Assembly (NCBI GenBank): GCA_050290185.1
Contig: JBNKHE010000002.1
Location: forward strand, 96,001 to 160,000
Origin: Pontiella sp.
GTDB lineage: Bacteria > Verrucomicrobiota > Kiritimatiellia > Kiritimatiellales > Pontiellaceae
Direction: 5' to 3'
Length of the DNA: 64,000 bases
Of the stretch, positions 37,564 to 46,397 are shown piece by piece; position 1 is the stretch's first letter; every line of letters begins with the position of its first letter. The notes beneath the pieces were generated by a model. The model searched no databases. It saw only the letters and a list, made by a program, of their open reading frames with translations, and was not told where the DNA came from. A program made the position numbers and the translations under genes.

Positions 37564-39348
37564 TTGAAAAAGTTGCTGCTGACCAGTTTTGTTTTTCTTT
37601 GCGCCCTTTGTGGTTATTCCAAATCCATGTCGGGCGACGACATTCTGGCGTTTGTCCGCTCCAAGCTGCCAAACGACCCGATCAAGCTTACAGGCACCCT
37701 GAAGGTCAAGGCCAAGAACGGTTTTACCAGCGCCAGCTTGCCCGTGGTGATGGAGCTCGACTGGGGTGCCGCCACGCCGACCGCTTCCTACAAGATCGAC
37801 AAGGAATCGCTCTCGATCGCGTGGAACAACGACAAGCCCAGCTACTCGTTCTCCAATCCCAAGAACAAGCCAACCTCCAACATCCTCGATACCGGCATAA
37901 CGTGGGCCGAGCTCAGCTTCTCCGTCCTCTGGTGGCCGAATGCTAAACTGATCAAGGAGGAGAAAAAAATCAACCGCGACTGCTACGTGGTCGATGTACC
38001 GGTTCCAAACTCGAAAAACACCATGCGCCTTTGGATCGAAAAGAAAATGGGCATGCTACTCGAAGCCCAGACACTCGATCCCAAACAGAACGAACTGAAC
38101 CGCCTGAAAATCGTCAGCATCAAGAAAATGGACGGCATGTGGGTCGCCAAGGACCTTGAACTGCGCGAGAAGAAAACGGGCTCGAAAACCACGCTCGAAA
38201 TTTCCGGTCTCGAATGGAAAAACGGACCGCCAAAAATTGATGAACCGGAAACCGCCAAAGCCTTCGACCCCGCCGAATCCGTCAACGAACTGGCCGTTGA
38301 TCTATACAAAAAGCTCGCTACCGAAAACGACGGAAACCTCTTTTTCTCGCCCTACTCCATCTCCTCCGCCCTCGCCATGACCTATGGCGGCGCACGCGGT
38401 GATACCGCCGAACAGATGAACCAGACACTCCACTTTGGCGGACAAGGCGCAACCCACCCGGCCTTTTCCTATCTGCGCAGAACGCTCAACAACATTCAGG
38501 CCAAGGGACACCTCCAACTCAGCGTCGCCAACGCCCTCTGGCCGCAAAAAGATTATGCCATCCTGCCCGACTACCTCGCCTTCACCAGGGAATTCTACGG
38601 CAGCGAAACCCAACCCTCTGACTACAAGACCGATGCCGAAGGCGTACGGCAAAAAATCAATAGCTGGGTCGAAAGTAAAACCAACGACAAAATCAAGGAC
38701 CTGATCGGCGAAGGCGTGCTCAATCCGCTAACCCGCCTCGTGCTGGTCAACGCCATCTACTTCAAAGGTGATTGGGCCCAACAATTCAAGGAATCCGCCA
38801 CCCGCCCCGCCCCGTTCACGTTGACAGACGGAACCAAGGTCGATGTGCCGATGATGTCGCAAACCGCCGACTTCAAACGAGCCCGCACCGACAAGCTCCA
38901 AGCCCTCGAACTGCCCTACGCAGGCGGCGAGCTTTCCATGATTATCCTGCTTCCGAATCCCGGAGAAAAAATCGAACCGGTTTCCTTGGACGATCTCGAA
39001 TTCCACAAAATGGAAATCAATGTGCAGCTCCCCAAATTCAAACTCGAATCCTCCTTCAGCCTGAACGGCACGTTGGCCGGCATGGGCATGCCGCTCGCCT
39101 TTTCAGATAAAGCCGATTTTTCAGGAATGGACGGCTCGCGAGACCTGTACATTGGTGCAATCGTTCACAGAGCCTTTGTCGAAGTCAACGAACAGGGAAC
39201 GGAAGCGGCCGCGGCCACCGCGGTTGGCATGCAAGTTTACAGTATACCCTCGCAATTCATTGCCGACCATCCGTTTCTGTTCCTCATCCGCGAAAACTCA
39301 ACCGGCACGATCCTGTTCATCGGCCGGGTGATGAATCCCTCAACGTAG
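37564..39348 (+). CDS. Secreted fusion: LolA-like (lipoprotein-sorting-type) domain + serpin
   Basis: AGGAG RBS + TTG; N-half RDCYVV...RLWIEK...IKKMDGMWVAK; C-half NLFFSPYSIS, INSWVE, LVNAIYFKGDW, LPKFKLE, EQGTEAAAAT, ADHPFLFLIRE. Confidence 0.85.
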   Translation: MKKLLLTSFVFLCALCGYSKSMSGDDILAFVRSKLPNDPIKLTGTLKVKAKNGFTSASLPVVMELDWGAATPTASYKIDKESLSIAWNNDKPSYSFSNPKNKPTSNILDTGITWAELSFSVLWWPNAKLIKEEKKINRDCYVVDVPVPNSKNTMRLWIEKKMGMLLEAQTLDPKQNELNRLKIVSIKKMDGMWVAKDLELREKKTGSKTTLEISGLEWKNGPPKIDEPETAKAFDPAESVNELAVDLYKKLATENDGNLFFSPYSISSALAMTYGGARGDTAEQMNQTLHFGGQGATHPAFSYLRRTLNNIQAKGHLQLSVANALWPQKDYAILPDYLAFTREFYGSETQPSDYKTDAEGVRQKINSWVESKTNDKIKDLIGEGVLNPLTRLVLVNAIYFKGDWAQQFKESATRPAPFTLTDGTKVDVPMMSQTADFKRARTDKLQALELPYAGGELSMIILLPNPGEKIEPVSLDDLEFHKMEINVQLPKFKLESSFSLNGTLAGMGMPLAFSDKADFSGMDGSRDLYIGAIVHRAFVEVNEQGTEAAAATAVGMQVYSIPSQFIADHPFLFLIRENSTGTILFIGRVMNPST

Positions 39349-39371
39349 ACGCGACGCCCTCGTCGCGTTTT
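39345..39371 (+). repeat. REP-like hairpin/terminator overlapping the serpin stop codon
   Basis: GTAG-ACGCGACG-ccct-CGTCGCGT-TTT. Confidence 0.6.
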
Positions 39372-39400
39372 ACCCCTTAAATGAACGCAGGAGAATACTC

Positions 39401-39778
39401 ATGAACGCCATAGCAAAACTGTTTCTATCCATTGGTTCCATCAGCGGCGCACTGGCCGTATTGCTCGGAGCCTTCGGCGCACACGGCCTGAAGGAAAAAC
39501 TGAGTGCCGAAGTGATGGCCGTCTACAAAACCGCCGTGGAATACCAGTTTTACCACACGCTCGCCCTGTTGATCGTCGGCGTGCTCGCGTTGAACACTCA
39601 GTCAAAACCACTCACCGCCAGCGGCTGGCTGTTCACCGCCGGCATCCTGATCTTTTCCGGCAGCCTCTACGCCCTCAGCATCAGCGGCATCAAATGGCTT
39701 GGCGCCATCACCCCCATCGGCGGCCTTTGCTTCATCGTCGGCTGGGTGCTGCTGGCGGTGGCTGCATTCAAATCGTAA
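39401..39778 (+). CDS. DUF423 (YgdD/TMEM256) membrane protein
   Basis: LGAFGAHGL, YQFYH, IFSGSLY, ITPIGG. Confidence 0.92.
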   Translation: MNAIAKLFLSIGSISGALAVLLGAFGAHGLKEKLSAEVMAVYKTAVEYQFYHTLALLIVGVLALNTQSKPLTASGWLFTAGILIFSGSLYALSISGIKWLGAITPIGGLCFIVGWVLLAVAAFKS

Positions 39779-39831
39779 CGCCCGGATCGTTGTAGGCCGA
39801 GTTCCCGACCCGACCCGGCGCGCGTGCACAC

Positions 39832-39868
39832 CGTCAGCAACCTGAGCCGTTCCGCCCCGCACAACTCC
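39832..39868. repeat. 37-bp direct repeat; detached copy of the arsA 3' end
   Basis: cgtcagcaacctgagccgttccgccccgcacaactcc identical to 41928-41964. Confidence 0.9.
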
Positions 39869-39891
39869 TCCCCGACCCACGGGGTGAGAAT

Positions 39892-40224
39892 ATGAAATGG
39901 ATCCTTTCCATAGTGATGATTTGCCTGTTTGTGGCAGGTGCCCGGTCAGAGGACTACCGGATCTTTACGGATCCCGAGGGGCGTGTGATCGAGGGACAGA
40001 TTACGTCTTTAAACAGCTAAAAGGGCCAGATCGAAAATGAGCGAAAGGATGGCAAACGGTTGTGGGTTCCGCCCACGGTGTTTTGCACGGAGGATCATCA
40101 GGCATACATCAGGGACTGGGCCGCCGCCTATCGGCTCCTGGGTGATAGCAACTGGATAAGCAAAGCTGGAAATAAATCCGGACGACGATTGACAATTTAC
40201 TGTGTGACGGGATGCGTTGGATGA
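39892..40224 (+). pseudogene. Truncated paralog of the downstream SHD1-like secreted protein
   Basis: MKWILSIVMICLFVAGARSEDYRIFTDPEGRVIEGQITSLNS*(TAA 40018-40020)KGQIENERKDGKRLWVPPTVFCTEDHQAYIRDW aligns with the N-terminus of 40235..41665. Confidence 0.75.
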
Positions 40225-40234
40225 AGGGGGATCG

Positions 40235-41665
40235 ATGACAGCGAGAATAGTCGGGCTGGCGGTTTTGCTGGTTGTAACCGTGGCATGCGCAGACGAATAC
40301 CGCACTTTTACCGATACGCAGGGGCGTACGATGGAGGCCAAGCTGCTTGAGGTAGACCCGTCCCGGGGACGCGTACACATTGAGTGCGATGACGGGAGAA
40401 GGGTCTGGGTCGCGCCTCGGATCTTTTCGGAGAAGGATCAGGAATATCTCCGCAAGTGGTTCAATGCCTGCGAGGCCATTTCGGAAACCTCGTTGGAGGT
40501 ATCGGTCGAACTGGAAACCAAGTCCGTTAATAACGGCAAGCCCTTATACGATCTCGGAAACAGGGATGATGGGATGGAGGGGGCTCAGTGGGCAGTGCCG
40601 ACTCAGCAGATAAGCTACAATGTGATTTTAAAAAATCTTTCCGATATGACGGTTAGTGGACTTAGAATTGAATACCGTTATTTCGTGGATATCGTGAACA
40701 AGAAAAATAAGGTGATCAATAGATATCAAGTTCCTGGGCTGAATGAAATTGAATCGATCCGACGCAACGCTCAAGAGATGGTGCGCACCACTATGAACCC
40801 TTTGGCCAGGCATTTCAAACTGGGGAGACGAACATCAGAAGAAAAAGACGAAAATGGATGGTATAACTCAGAAGTCGTCGAAGTTAATCGTGGTGAAGAT
40901 CACTTGGTTGGGATTTGGATTAGAATATATGGGTTATCTGTTGACGAGTGTGGGCCCATGCGGGAGGTCAGCTTTCCGGAAGATCTAAAAGATGTTGCCG
41001 AATGGGATGTGTCAGCTCCAATGAATACGCGATCTGCCATGATCGGGCCTTCGACGTTGGAGGAAATCCAGCTTCGGGGAAAGGCAAAGAGCGTTGAGCA
41101 ATTCAAGGGGTGGATGGATCAGCTTTTTTGGAAAGTTAATCCCCGGGAGGACGTGATTGCAATGCGCACGCAACTGGAGGGGCTCAAGGTGTACTATGAG
41201 TCGGGGTACGATCCCGATGGCTACTATGCCGGCCAGGTTGCGTTCAATTGCTCGCTCGCATCGCTATATGCAGAAGAGGCCTATTGGTATGAAATCTTTC
41301 TGCAAGGGGACCAGGTGAACAAGAGTCCGAACTGGGGAAACCGTATTGACAAGATATATGCCGAGCTGTCGATTCTCTATTCCTCGTGCAGCGATGCAAG
41401 TATTCATGATGGTGCGAAAGCGATCAAATATGCGAATCTCCTGTTGGACAAGGATAAGAAGTCCGACCAATATCTGGAGTTGCTGGCCCGGGCCTATGCG
41501 CGCAACGGGCAGTTTGATTTCGCGGTAAAGACGCAGGAGCGGGCGATAAAGCGGCTGTCGAAAAGCCGAAAGGATGAAGCCGATTTGGCCGCATACCGAA
41601 ACCGCCTGACGCTCTATCAAAGCGGTAAGGCATTCACTCTCGAAAAGGACAAGAACGCAAAATAG
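40235..41665 (+). CDS. Secreted protein with SHD1-like N-terminal domain and C-terminal TPR-like helices
   Basis: Signal peptide, YRTFTDTQGRTMEAKL...FSEKDQEYL; C-terminal LELLARAYARNGQFDFAVKTQERAI; ATG 40235. Confidence 0.7.
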   Translation: MTARIVGLAVLLVVTVACADEYRTFTDTQGRTMEAKLLEVDPSRGRVHIECDDGRRVWVAPRIFSEKDQEYLRKWFNACEAISETSLEVSVELETKSVNNGKPLYDLGNRDDGMEGAQWAVPTQQISYNVILKNLSDMTVSGLRIEYRYFVDIVNKKNKVINRYQVPGLNEIESIRRNAQEMVRTTMNPLARHFKLGRRTSEEKDENGWYNSEVVEVNRGEDHLVGIWIRIYGLSVDECGPMREVSFPEDLKDVAEWDVSAPMNTRSAMIGPSTLEEIQLRGKAKSVEQFKGWMDQLFWKVNPREDVIAMRTQLEGLKVYYESGYDPDGYYAGQVAFNCSLASLYAEEAYWYEIFLQGDQVNKSPNWGNRIDKIYAELSILYSSCSDASIHDGAKAIKYANLLLDKDKKSDQYLELLARAYARNGQFDFAVKTQERAIKRLSKSRKDEADLAAYRNRLTLYQSGKAFTLEKDKNAK

Positions 41666-41921
41666 AACAGGAAGAAACACACGAACCGCAAAATCCTGCT
41701 CCTCTACTATGAAAAAACGAATTGGCTCAGGCACTTTCCAGATGATTGGGATCTACAGGAGCAATTAGCCATCCTCCGGGGGTTTTGGTGTATTTTATGT
41801 GTGCCATTTCACGTTACTTCATTGCTGTCTAGAAAGACAGCCTTCCCTGCTCCGTTCCCCTCTGCTGGCCCTGCGAGATGATCTATCTCACTCAGAGCGA
41901 ACAGAGAATCAGGGGTATATC

Positions 41922-43694
41922 CTACTGCGTCAGCAACCTGAGCCGTTCCGCCCCGCACAACTCCGTTCCGATCCAGGGCGAAATAGCCGTTCGTTTTACC
42001 GACAAGCCGGACGCGATTTCGCGGATGTATTCCGTTTCGTGCAATCCTTTCGCACACAACACCGGATCGGTTGTTCCGGAAACGGCAAAGCTGCGGTTGA
42101 TGATCCAGCCATAGGGTTCGATGCCGGCGCGGCGAAGGTCGCGCTGCAGATCCTGGGCCTCGTGCGTCGGCGTCGCTTCGGGCAAGGCCACGATCAGCAC
42201 CTTCGTGAATTCCGGATCGCGGATGCGCGGTAGCAATTCCTTTACTTCCTCCGGCAGGTCATCGGCCGACTTGGCGACTTCGCGGTGGTAGGCCTCGGTC
42301 GAATCGAGCAGCAGCAGCGTGTGGCCGGTCGGCGCGGTATCGAGCACAATAAACTGGTCCGAACCCTTGGCTACGGTATGGGCGAAGGCTTGAAAGACGG
42401 CGATCTCCTCGATGCAGGGCGAACGCAATTCCTCTTCCAGCAGCGCCAGATCGTCGGCGGAAAGCTTGCTGCGGTTTTTTTCAAGTACGCCTTCGCAATA
42501 GGATTGGGTTTCGGCTTTAGGATCGATCCGTTCGACGCGTAAATTGGACCGTCCATCCCCGATGGTTTCGGCCACGTGCGCCGCGGGATCGGTGGTGGAA
42601 AGCAACACGGAATGACCGCGGCGCGCCAGCTCGGCGGCGATGGCCGAGGCCATAACAGTCTTGCCGACCCCGCCCTTCCCCATCGTCATAATGACGCCGC
42701 GTTTTTGTGCTTCCAGCGACGCAAAAAGCTCGTCCCATTCCTGCACGTTTTCCAACGCCGCCGGCAGCGCGTTTTGCAAAGCATCGGGCGCATCCAGCCA
42801 CGCTGGATCGGATTCACCGTTGGCGACGGCTTGCAGGGCATCGATCCCCATCACGCCATGCGGACGAAAGGGGACCTGCGTTTTTTCCACGTCCTTGAAA
42901 ATGGTGGGCAACCCATCCAGTGCATCCTGCGATTTACGGGAAAAAGCGCGGGCAACATCATCATCGCCTTCGCTGTAAAACACGCCATTCAGAATGAGAT
43001 GCTGGTTGGTCAATCCCAGTCCGGCCAACTCTCCGCTGGCGCGGGCGGCTTCGGCGAGGCTCATGGCCTCGGCGCGGGCCACGAGCATGAGCAGCGTTTG
43101 CTCGGGATTTTTGAGCGCGGCCACGACCTGTTCGTAGAGCATCTTTTGCGCGGCCAGTCCGGCAACGGGGCCGAGGCAGGAACTGCCGGTTTCGTTGGTG
43201 GCGATAAAGTCGTTCCACGCCGAAGGCAAATTGAGCAGTCGCAGGGTGTGACCGGTCGGTGCGGTGTCGAGCACGATGTGGTCGTACTGGCTGATGACCT
43301 TTTCATCGCCAATAAATTTTGAAAATTCGTTAAAGCCCGCGATCTCGACCGTGCAGGCCCCGGAGAGCTGTTCTTCCATTTGCTGGACGGCTTCGTCGGG
43401 CAGGACGCCGCGATAGGGTCCAACCATGCGTTCGCGGTATTCTGACGCCGCCTGCATAGGATTGATGTTCATCGCGTCCAGCCCCGTCACGCCGTTGACT
43501 GGAACGGGAGTGGAATCCAGATCGGTCTCAAGCACTTCGTGCAGGTTGGAGGCCGGATCGGTGCTGATCAGCAGCACGCGCTTCCCGCGTTCTGCCAATC
43601 CGACGGCCACGGCGCACGACATCGATGTTTTCCCCACCCCGCCCTTGCCGGTGAAGAAGAGAAAGCGTGTCGCCTTGTTGAGTAGTTCGTTCAT
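41922..43694 (-). CDS. arsA: Arsenical pump-driving ATPase
   Basis: Two GKGGVGKT P-loops, two DTAPTGHT, SGACT, SSCLGP; true start ATG 43694 (MNELLNK). Confidence 0.95.
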   Translation of the reverse strand: MNELLNKATRFLFFTGKGGVGKTSMSCAVAVGLAERGKRVLLISTDPASNLHEVLETDLDSTPVPVNGVTGLDAMNINPMQAASEYRERMVGPYRGVLPDEAVQQMEEQLSGACTVEIAGFNEFSKFIGDEKVISQYDHIVLDTAPTGHTLRLLNLPSAWNDFIATNETGSSCLGPVAGLAAQKMLYEQVVAALKNPEQTLLMLVARAEAMSLAEAARASGELAGLGLTNQHLILNGVFYSEGDDDVARAFSRKSQDALDGLPTIFKDVEKTQVPFRPHGVMGIDALQAVANGESDPAWLDAPDALQNALPAALENVQEWDELFASLEAQKRGVIMTMGKGGVGKTVMASAIAAELARRGHSVLLSTTDPAAHVAETIGDGRSNLRVERIDPKAETQSYCEGVLEKNRSKLSADDLALLEEELRSPCIEEIAVFQAFAHTVAKGSDQFIVLDTAPTGHTLLLLDSTEAYHREVAKSADDLPEEVKELLPRIRDPEFTKVLIVALPEATPTHEAQDLQRDLRRAGIEPYGWIINRSFAVSGTTDPVLCAKGLHETEYIREIASGLSVKRTAISPWIGTELCGAERLRLLTQ

Positions 43695-43711
43695 AAGAAT
43701 CCTCGATGACT

Positions 43712-43761
43712 GGAGGGATGACGTCCTCGTCGTCCGCGGACCGTGAGGACACGGTCCCTCC
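43712..43761. repeat. Inverted REP-like doublet between arsD and arsA
   Basis: GGAG-GGATGACG-tcct-CGTCGTCC and, on the other strand, GGAG-GGACCGTG-tcct-CACGGTCC. Confidence 0.7.
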
Positions 43762-43769
43762 AAGTAGGG

Positions 43770-44120
43770 TTAGCAGCACCCTTTGCAACCGCTGCAGTCG
43801 GTCACGTCAATCGTCTGGGTCGTGCCGAGAAATGAAGCGAGTTGATCCAGATCGGGATATCCACCGGAACTGATTTGTTCGTCGTCGACAAAGACCAGCG
43901 GCAAAGCATCGGTGCCCTTTTCCTTGAGCGCGGCGGCTACCGCTTCGTTGCTCGTGTAGGCGGCGGGTTCCTGCGACAGGTTATAGCGTTCGACCTTGAC
44001 GGCGGACGCATCGAGGTTTTTCAAAAAGCCGGCCAGCTGGACCAGAACGGGATCGACATCGGGACCGCAGACGCCGGTCGAACAGCACATGGCGGGATCG
44101 TAGATTTTCAGTGTTTTCAT
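43770..44120 (-). CDS. arsD: Arsenite metallochaperone
   Basis: IYDPAMCCSTGVCG, RYNLSQEP, C-terminal CC. Confidence 0.95.
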   Translation of the reverse strand: MKTLKIYDPAMCCSTGVCGPDVDPVLVQLAGFLKNLDASAVKVERYNLSQEPAAYTSNEAVAAALKEKGTDALPLVFVDDEQISSGGYPDLDQLASFLGTTQTIDVTDCSGCKGCC

Positions 44121-44141
44121 ATTTCGTTTCTCCAATACGGT

Positions 44142-44588
44142 TTATTGCTTCAATGAGTCAGGAAGAGTTTCGACGAAGGCTTTGATTTCGTCGCGAACGG
44201 TGCGATAGCAGTCGAGCTGCTCTTCTTCGGAGCCGCCCTTTCCGGCGAGTTCACGCGCCATTTTCGGCGGATCCTGGAAACCGACGTGGATAACCTTGCA
44301 ATCGGCGGGGAACCAGGGGCAGGTTTCGTGCGCGTGGTTGCAGACGGTGATGATGTAGTCGAGCTTCACGTCCTTGAACTCGTCGATGTGCTGCGACTTC
44401 TGGGTGGTGATATCGACGCCCGCCTCGCCCATGACTTTGACGGCGTTGGGATTGAGACCGTGGGTTTCGATGCCGGCGGAATAGGCTTCGATCTGATCGC
44501 CTTTCAGCGCACGCGTCCAGCCTTCGGCCATCTGACTGCGGCAGGAGTTTCCGGTGCAGAGATACAACAGTTTGATTTTTTCACTCAT
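44142..44588 (-). CDS. arsC: Thioredoxin-type (LMW-PTP fold) arsenate reductase
   Basis: CTGNSCRSQMAE, TVC...ETCP, FQDP. Confidence 0.93.
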   Translation of the reverse strand: MSEKIKLLYLCTGNSCRSQMAEGWTRALKGDQIEAYSAGIETHGLNPNAVKVMGEAGVDITTQKSQHIDEFKDVKLDYIITVCNHAHETCPWFPADCKVIHVGFQDPPKMARELAGKGGSEEEQLDCYRTVRDEIKAFVETLPDSLKQ

Positions 44589-44615
44589 GACATTCCTTTT
44601 CTGTTCAATTCGTTG

Positions 44616-44687
44616 ACCACAAAATACTCAAAACCCACAAAACGGATCAGGCTTGTTACTTTTGAGTTTCTTGTGCCTTTTGTGGTT
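44616..44687. repeat. Palindromic triplet-repeat element between acr3 and arsC
   Basis: acCACAAAA ta CTCAAAA cc CACAAAA ... TTTTGAG tt TCTTGTG cc TTTTGTG gtt. Confidence 0.7.
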
Positions 44688-44691
44688 TCAA

Positions 44692-45747
44692 TCATGCTTT
44701 CTCAAACCAGCCGGTCGTGCGGTTGGCGAAGCCGACGAGGGCGAGCATGACGGGGACTTCCACCAGCACGCCGACGATCGTGGCGAGCGCGACAGGCGAG
44801 GTCGTTCCAAAGAGGGCGATGGCGACGGCGACGGCCAGCTCGAAAAAGTTGGAGGCGCCGATCATTCCGGCGGGCGCGGCGACGTTGTGCGGAAGCTTCA
44901 GCCATTTGGCGGCAAGGTAGGCGATGAAGAAAATCAACACGGTCTGGATGACCAGCGGCACGGCGATCAACCCGATATGGAGCGGGTTGTCGAGAATCAC
45001 GTTACCCTGGAAAGAAAAGATGATCACCAGCGTCAGCAGCAGGCCCGTGATGGTGGTTTTGCTGAACTTGGGCAGGAAGACGTTTTCGAAATAGTCCGCC
45101 CCCTTGGTCTTCAGCATATGACCGCGCGTCAGCGCCCCGCCGGTCAGCGGAATGACCACGAACAGCACCACGGAGAGGAACAACGTATCCCACGGAACAA
45201 ACACATCGCTGACGCCCAGCAGAAATTTCACGATCGGCACGAACGCCACAAGAATGATGAGGTCGTTGGTGGCGACCTGCACCACGGTGTAGGCGGGATT
45301 GCCTTTGGTCAGATGGCTCCAGACAAACACCATGGCCGTGCAGGGCGCCGCGCCGAGCAATACGGCGCCAGCGAGATAATCCTTCGCCAAGGCCGGCGGA
45401 ATCAGGCTCTTGAAGATGACGTAGAAAAAGAGCCACGCAATGCCGAACATGGTGAACGGCTTGATCAGCCAGTTCGATACCCACGTCACGAACAGCCCCT
45501 TGGGATTCCGGCCGACATTCTTCACGCTCTTGAAGTCGACCTTCATCATCATCGGATAGATCATCAGCCAGATCAGCACCGCCACGGGAATCGAGACGTT
45601 GGCGTATTCGAGCTTGCCGAGAAATTCCGGGATGGCCGGCAGGTACTTGCCGATCAGAACGCCGGCCACCATGCACAGCGCAACCCAGACGGTCAGGTAC
45701 TTTTCAAAGAAACCGATTCCTGCATCCTGCTTTGATTCTTTATTCAT
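44692..45747 (-). CDS. acr3: ACR3-family arsenite efflux transporter
   Basis: FFEKYLTVWV, MIYPMM, NWLIKPF, APCTAMVFVWS, SNFFELAVAVAI, VEVPVML. Confidence 0.96.
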   Translation of the reverse strand: MNKESKQDAGIGFFEKYLTVWVALCMVAGVLIGKYLPAIPEFLGKLEYANVSIPVAVLIWLMIYPMMMKVDFKSVKNVGRNPKGLFVTWVSNWLIKPFTMFGIAWLFFYVIFKSLIPPALAKDYLAGAVLLGAAPCTAMVFVWSHLTKGNPAYTVVQVATNDLIILVAFVPIVKFLLGVSDVFVPWDTLFLSVVLFVVIPLTGGALTRGHMLKTKGADYFENVFLPKFSKTTITGLLLTLVIIFSFQGNVILDNPLHIGLIAVPLVIQTVLIFFIAYLAAKWLKLPHNVAAPAGMIGASNFFELAVAVAIALFGTTSPVALATIVGVLVEVPVMLALVGFANRTTGWFEKA

Positions 45748-45917
45748 AAGAACACCTAAATTTGGGGACTAATCCGCGCGAGCGGAATGTTCGACAAAAT
45801 AATTTTGGACAGAATGATTCCTGACACTGACGCTGGGTGAAAATTATTTCGCCGCTTCGCTGCCGTATTTTCAAGTCAACCTCACTTCGTGTGTCCATAA
45901 TCATTTTGTAAACCTAC

Positions 45918-46295
45918 TCATTTGGAGGGGCAGCACGCTTCGCCGCGCTGCTTGCGGCAAAGGTCTTCGCGGGTGATGGCCACGATGTTGTCCAACGCCT
46001 CAAAGTCAGCCTTCAACTCATCGGACGCGGCAAAGTTTTTTTCCAGCCATTGGAAAAGCGGCTCGCTACCGGCAGGCTTCACCAGCTTGTAGTAAACCCA
46101 GCGTCCATCCTTACGACTTGCAACCAGTCCGGCCTGTTGAAGAATGCCCAGATGGCGCGACGCGGTCGCCCCGCTGACTTCCAGCAGTTCCGTGATCTGG
46201 CAGGCGCACAGCTCGTCATAGCGACCGAGAGCCGCCACCACCCGCGCCCGGTTCCGGTCCGAAAGCGCCTTCAGAATGTCCAATGTCGTTTCCAT
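45918..46295 (-). CDS. arsR: ArsR/SmtB transcriptional repressor
   Basis: KALSDRNR, ELCACQI, SRHL..L...GLV..RKDGRWVYY; heads the ars operon. Confidence 0.93.
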   Translation of the reverse strand: METTLDILKALSDRNRARVVAALGRYDELCACQITELLEVSGATASRHLGILQQAGLVASRKDGRWVYYKLVKPAGSEPLFQWLEKNFAASDELKADFEALDNIVAITREDLCRKQRGEACCPSK

Positions 46296-46397
46296 TGGCG
46301 TCTTTATAGTTAGTCGTTTAGCTAAATGTCAAACTGGAATTTCATTTACTGCGTTTGGGAGATGACGAAGCTCAGTCGAGTCTGCCATCTTTATCCG

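Noticed and set aside
43695..43763. N-terminal extension of ArsA (MEGPCPHGP...)
   Set aside because: It is the translated REP doublet; the ArsA-like sequence starts at 43694
39780..46300. ars operon as an intact transposon or ICE
   Set aside because: No integrase, transposase or terminal inverted repeats; only the arsA 3' duplication
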